Below the pieces are notes generated by a model. That model was not told the origin of the DNA. It ran no database searches and worked only from the letters and a program-made list of their open reading frames with translations. Position numbers and translations under genes: made by a program. A DNA stretch of 64,000 nucleotides, from contig CAVNZM010000001.1 in NCBI GenBank assembly GCA_963693365.1, positions 4,170,907-4,234,906 on the forward strand, in the 5' to 3' direction. This DNA is from Amoebidium appalachense. Lineage: Eukaryota; Protista; Ichthyosporea. Below are positions 62,858 to 64,000 of the stretch, one piece after another (the first letter of the stretch is position 1; each line of letters begins with the position of its first letter).

Positions 62858-62891
<34 letters not shown>

Positions 62892-62898
62892 ATAATTT

Positions 62899-62998
62899 GC
62901 ATACTCTTTCTGTATGGTTTGCATTCTGCATCGTGTTATCCGTTGTTCTTGTGTCTTCATACTTTATGACGCATTCAACCCCCAACCCCCCCCCCCCC
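62899..62998 (+). mobile_element. Diverged 3' fragment of a subfamily A element
   Basis: GCATACTCTTT...GCATTCTGCATCGTGTTATCCGTT...GACGCATTCAACCCC matches 57009-57100; flanked by C-tracts. Confidence 0.8.
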
Positions 62999-63245
62999 TC
63001 CCCCCTCTCCCCCTTACCCCCCCCCCCCCCCCCCACCCACCCACAACTGTCCCTGCGTGCAAATATGTATGCACCTACAGGCGCCCATACGCGCTTCCCA
63101 TATGCCACAGGCCTTGCACAAATGCATGCACGGACCCACACTGCCACGTGCACACACAAAAAGAGAGCTATATTAGAGAGACAGCATACAACGAACATAC
63201 ACATGCACACACATGTCCATATGCATGTGTCAGCTCATGCCGAGT

Positions 63246-63315
<70 letters not shown>

Positions 63316-64000
63316 GTCACACACACACACGTTTCAGATACACACACACACACAAACCAACAACAACAACAACAAAAAAAAAGGGGGGGGGGGGGAGGTG
63401 GCGCGGGGACCCAACTGATCGATTATCTTAAATTCTCAATTTGCCTCCTATTGCCATAGCCGAAGAAAGTGTCTTATATAGACAACAGCAGATATCCGTA
63501 CGTACCTGATATACTACTAAGGGGATATACCGAGCAAAATTTCCCCCTAAACCTGAGACCAGTCTCTGTACATGTGCCTCGAGCAAACAGCTTAAACCCC
63601 TCCCTACCATAAAATACACCCACGGCCAGCTCGAATACAGCACACAATGATTGGTCCTACATCGGCACGGGTGTGTGTAATATTGTAACATCAGTGTGTG
63701 CTTTCAACTATATGCCATCCAGATTCCAGGACAAACAAACAACACAAGCATTGGCATAAACTATAGGGGTTTTATGCAACAAAGAGATGAGAAATCCATA
63801 CAGTATATATAGGATTCAATCTGCAGTCCAGACACTACCCAAAACTTTGCATTTCTACACACCTAACAAGAGTACATTATCCAGGCGCGGTCATTACCAC
63901 ACCGCAGTTAAGATGTTAAGAATACCTAATTACACCTCCATTAGACTCCCAAAGGGCAAAATCAAAGTCATGAGGTTTAATTGTGGGGGAAAAAAAGAGG

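Overview
Eukaryotic DNA with GT-AG introns, saturated with poly-C/poly-G tracts and (CA)n/(CT)n/(CCCA)n microsatellites. Almost all long ORFs in the supplied track are microsatellite artefacts. The organism cannot be determined; an alga or protist is a guess. Genes reconstructed by hand: (1) a >=11-exon minus-strand SF2 helicase resembling giant-virus A18-like helicases (~6.3-16.9 kb); (2) a frameshifted intronless TPR-like/MYND gene; (3) an intronless bacterial-type PL6 lyase broken by a 16-nt insertion; (4) a 2-exon Phi-1/EXORDIUM-like secreted protein; (5) a THAP + HTH (ISL2EU/Harbinger-like) ORF; (6) an intron-containing, frameshifted KDZ/Zisupton-like transposase; (7) an intact 8-exon EMC10. 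The main observation is a family of short (330-590 bp) non-coding elements with C-tails and candidate target-site duplications, present as 5 copies plus 2 fragments in 3 subfamilies. Each copy carries a ~155-nt covarying structured RNA containing all three hammerhead core strands (GUU, GAAAC, CUGA[G/U]GA) in an order that no circular permutation produces. Two neighbouring genes are disrupted by tiny 'duplication + CCC/AAACCCC' scars that match this element's 3' end. All protein family calls are from motif recognition, not database searches.
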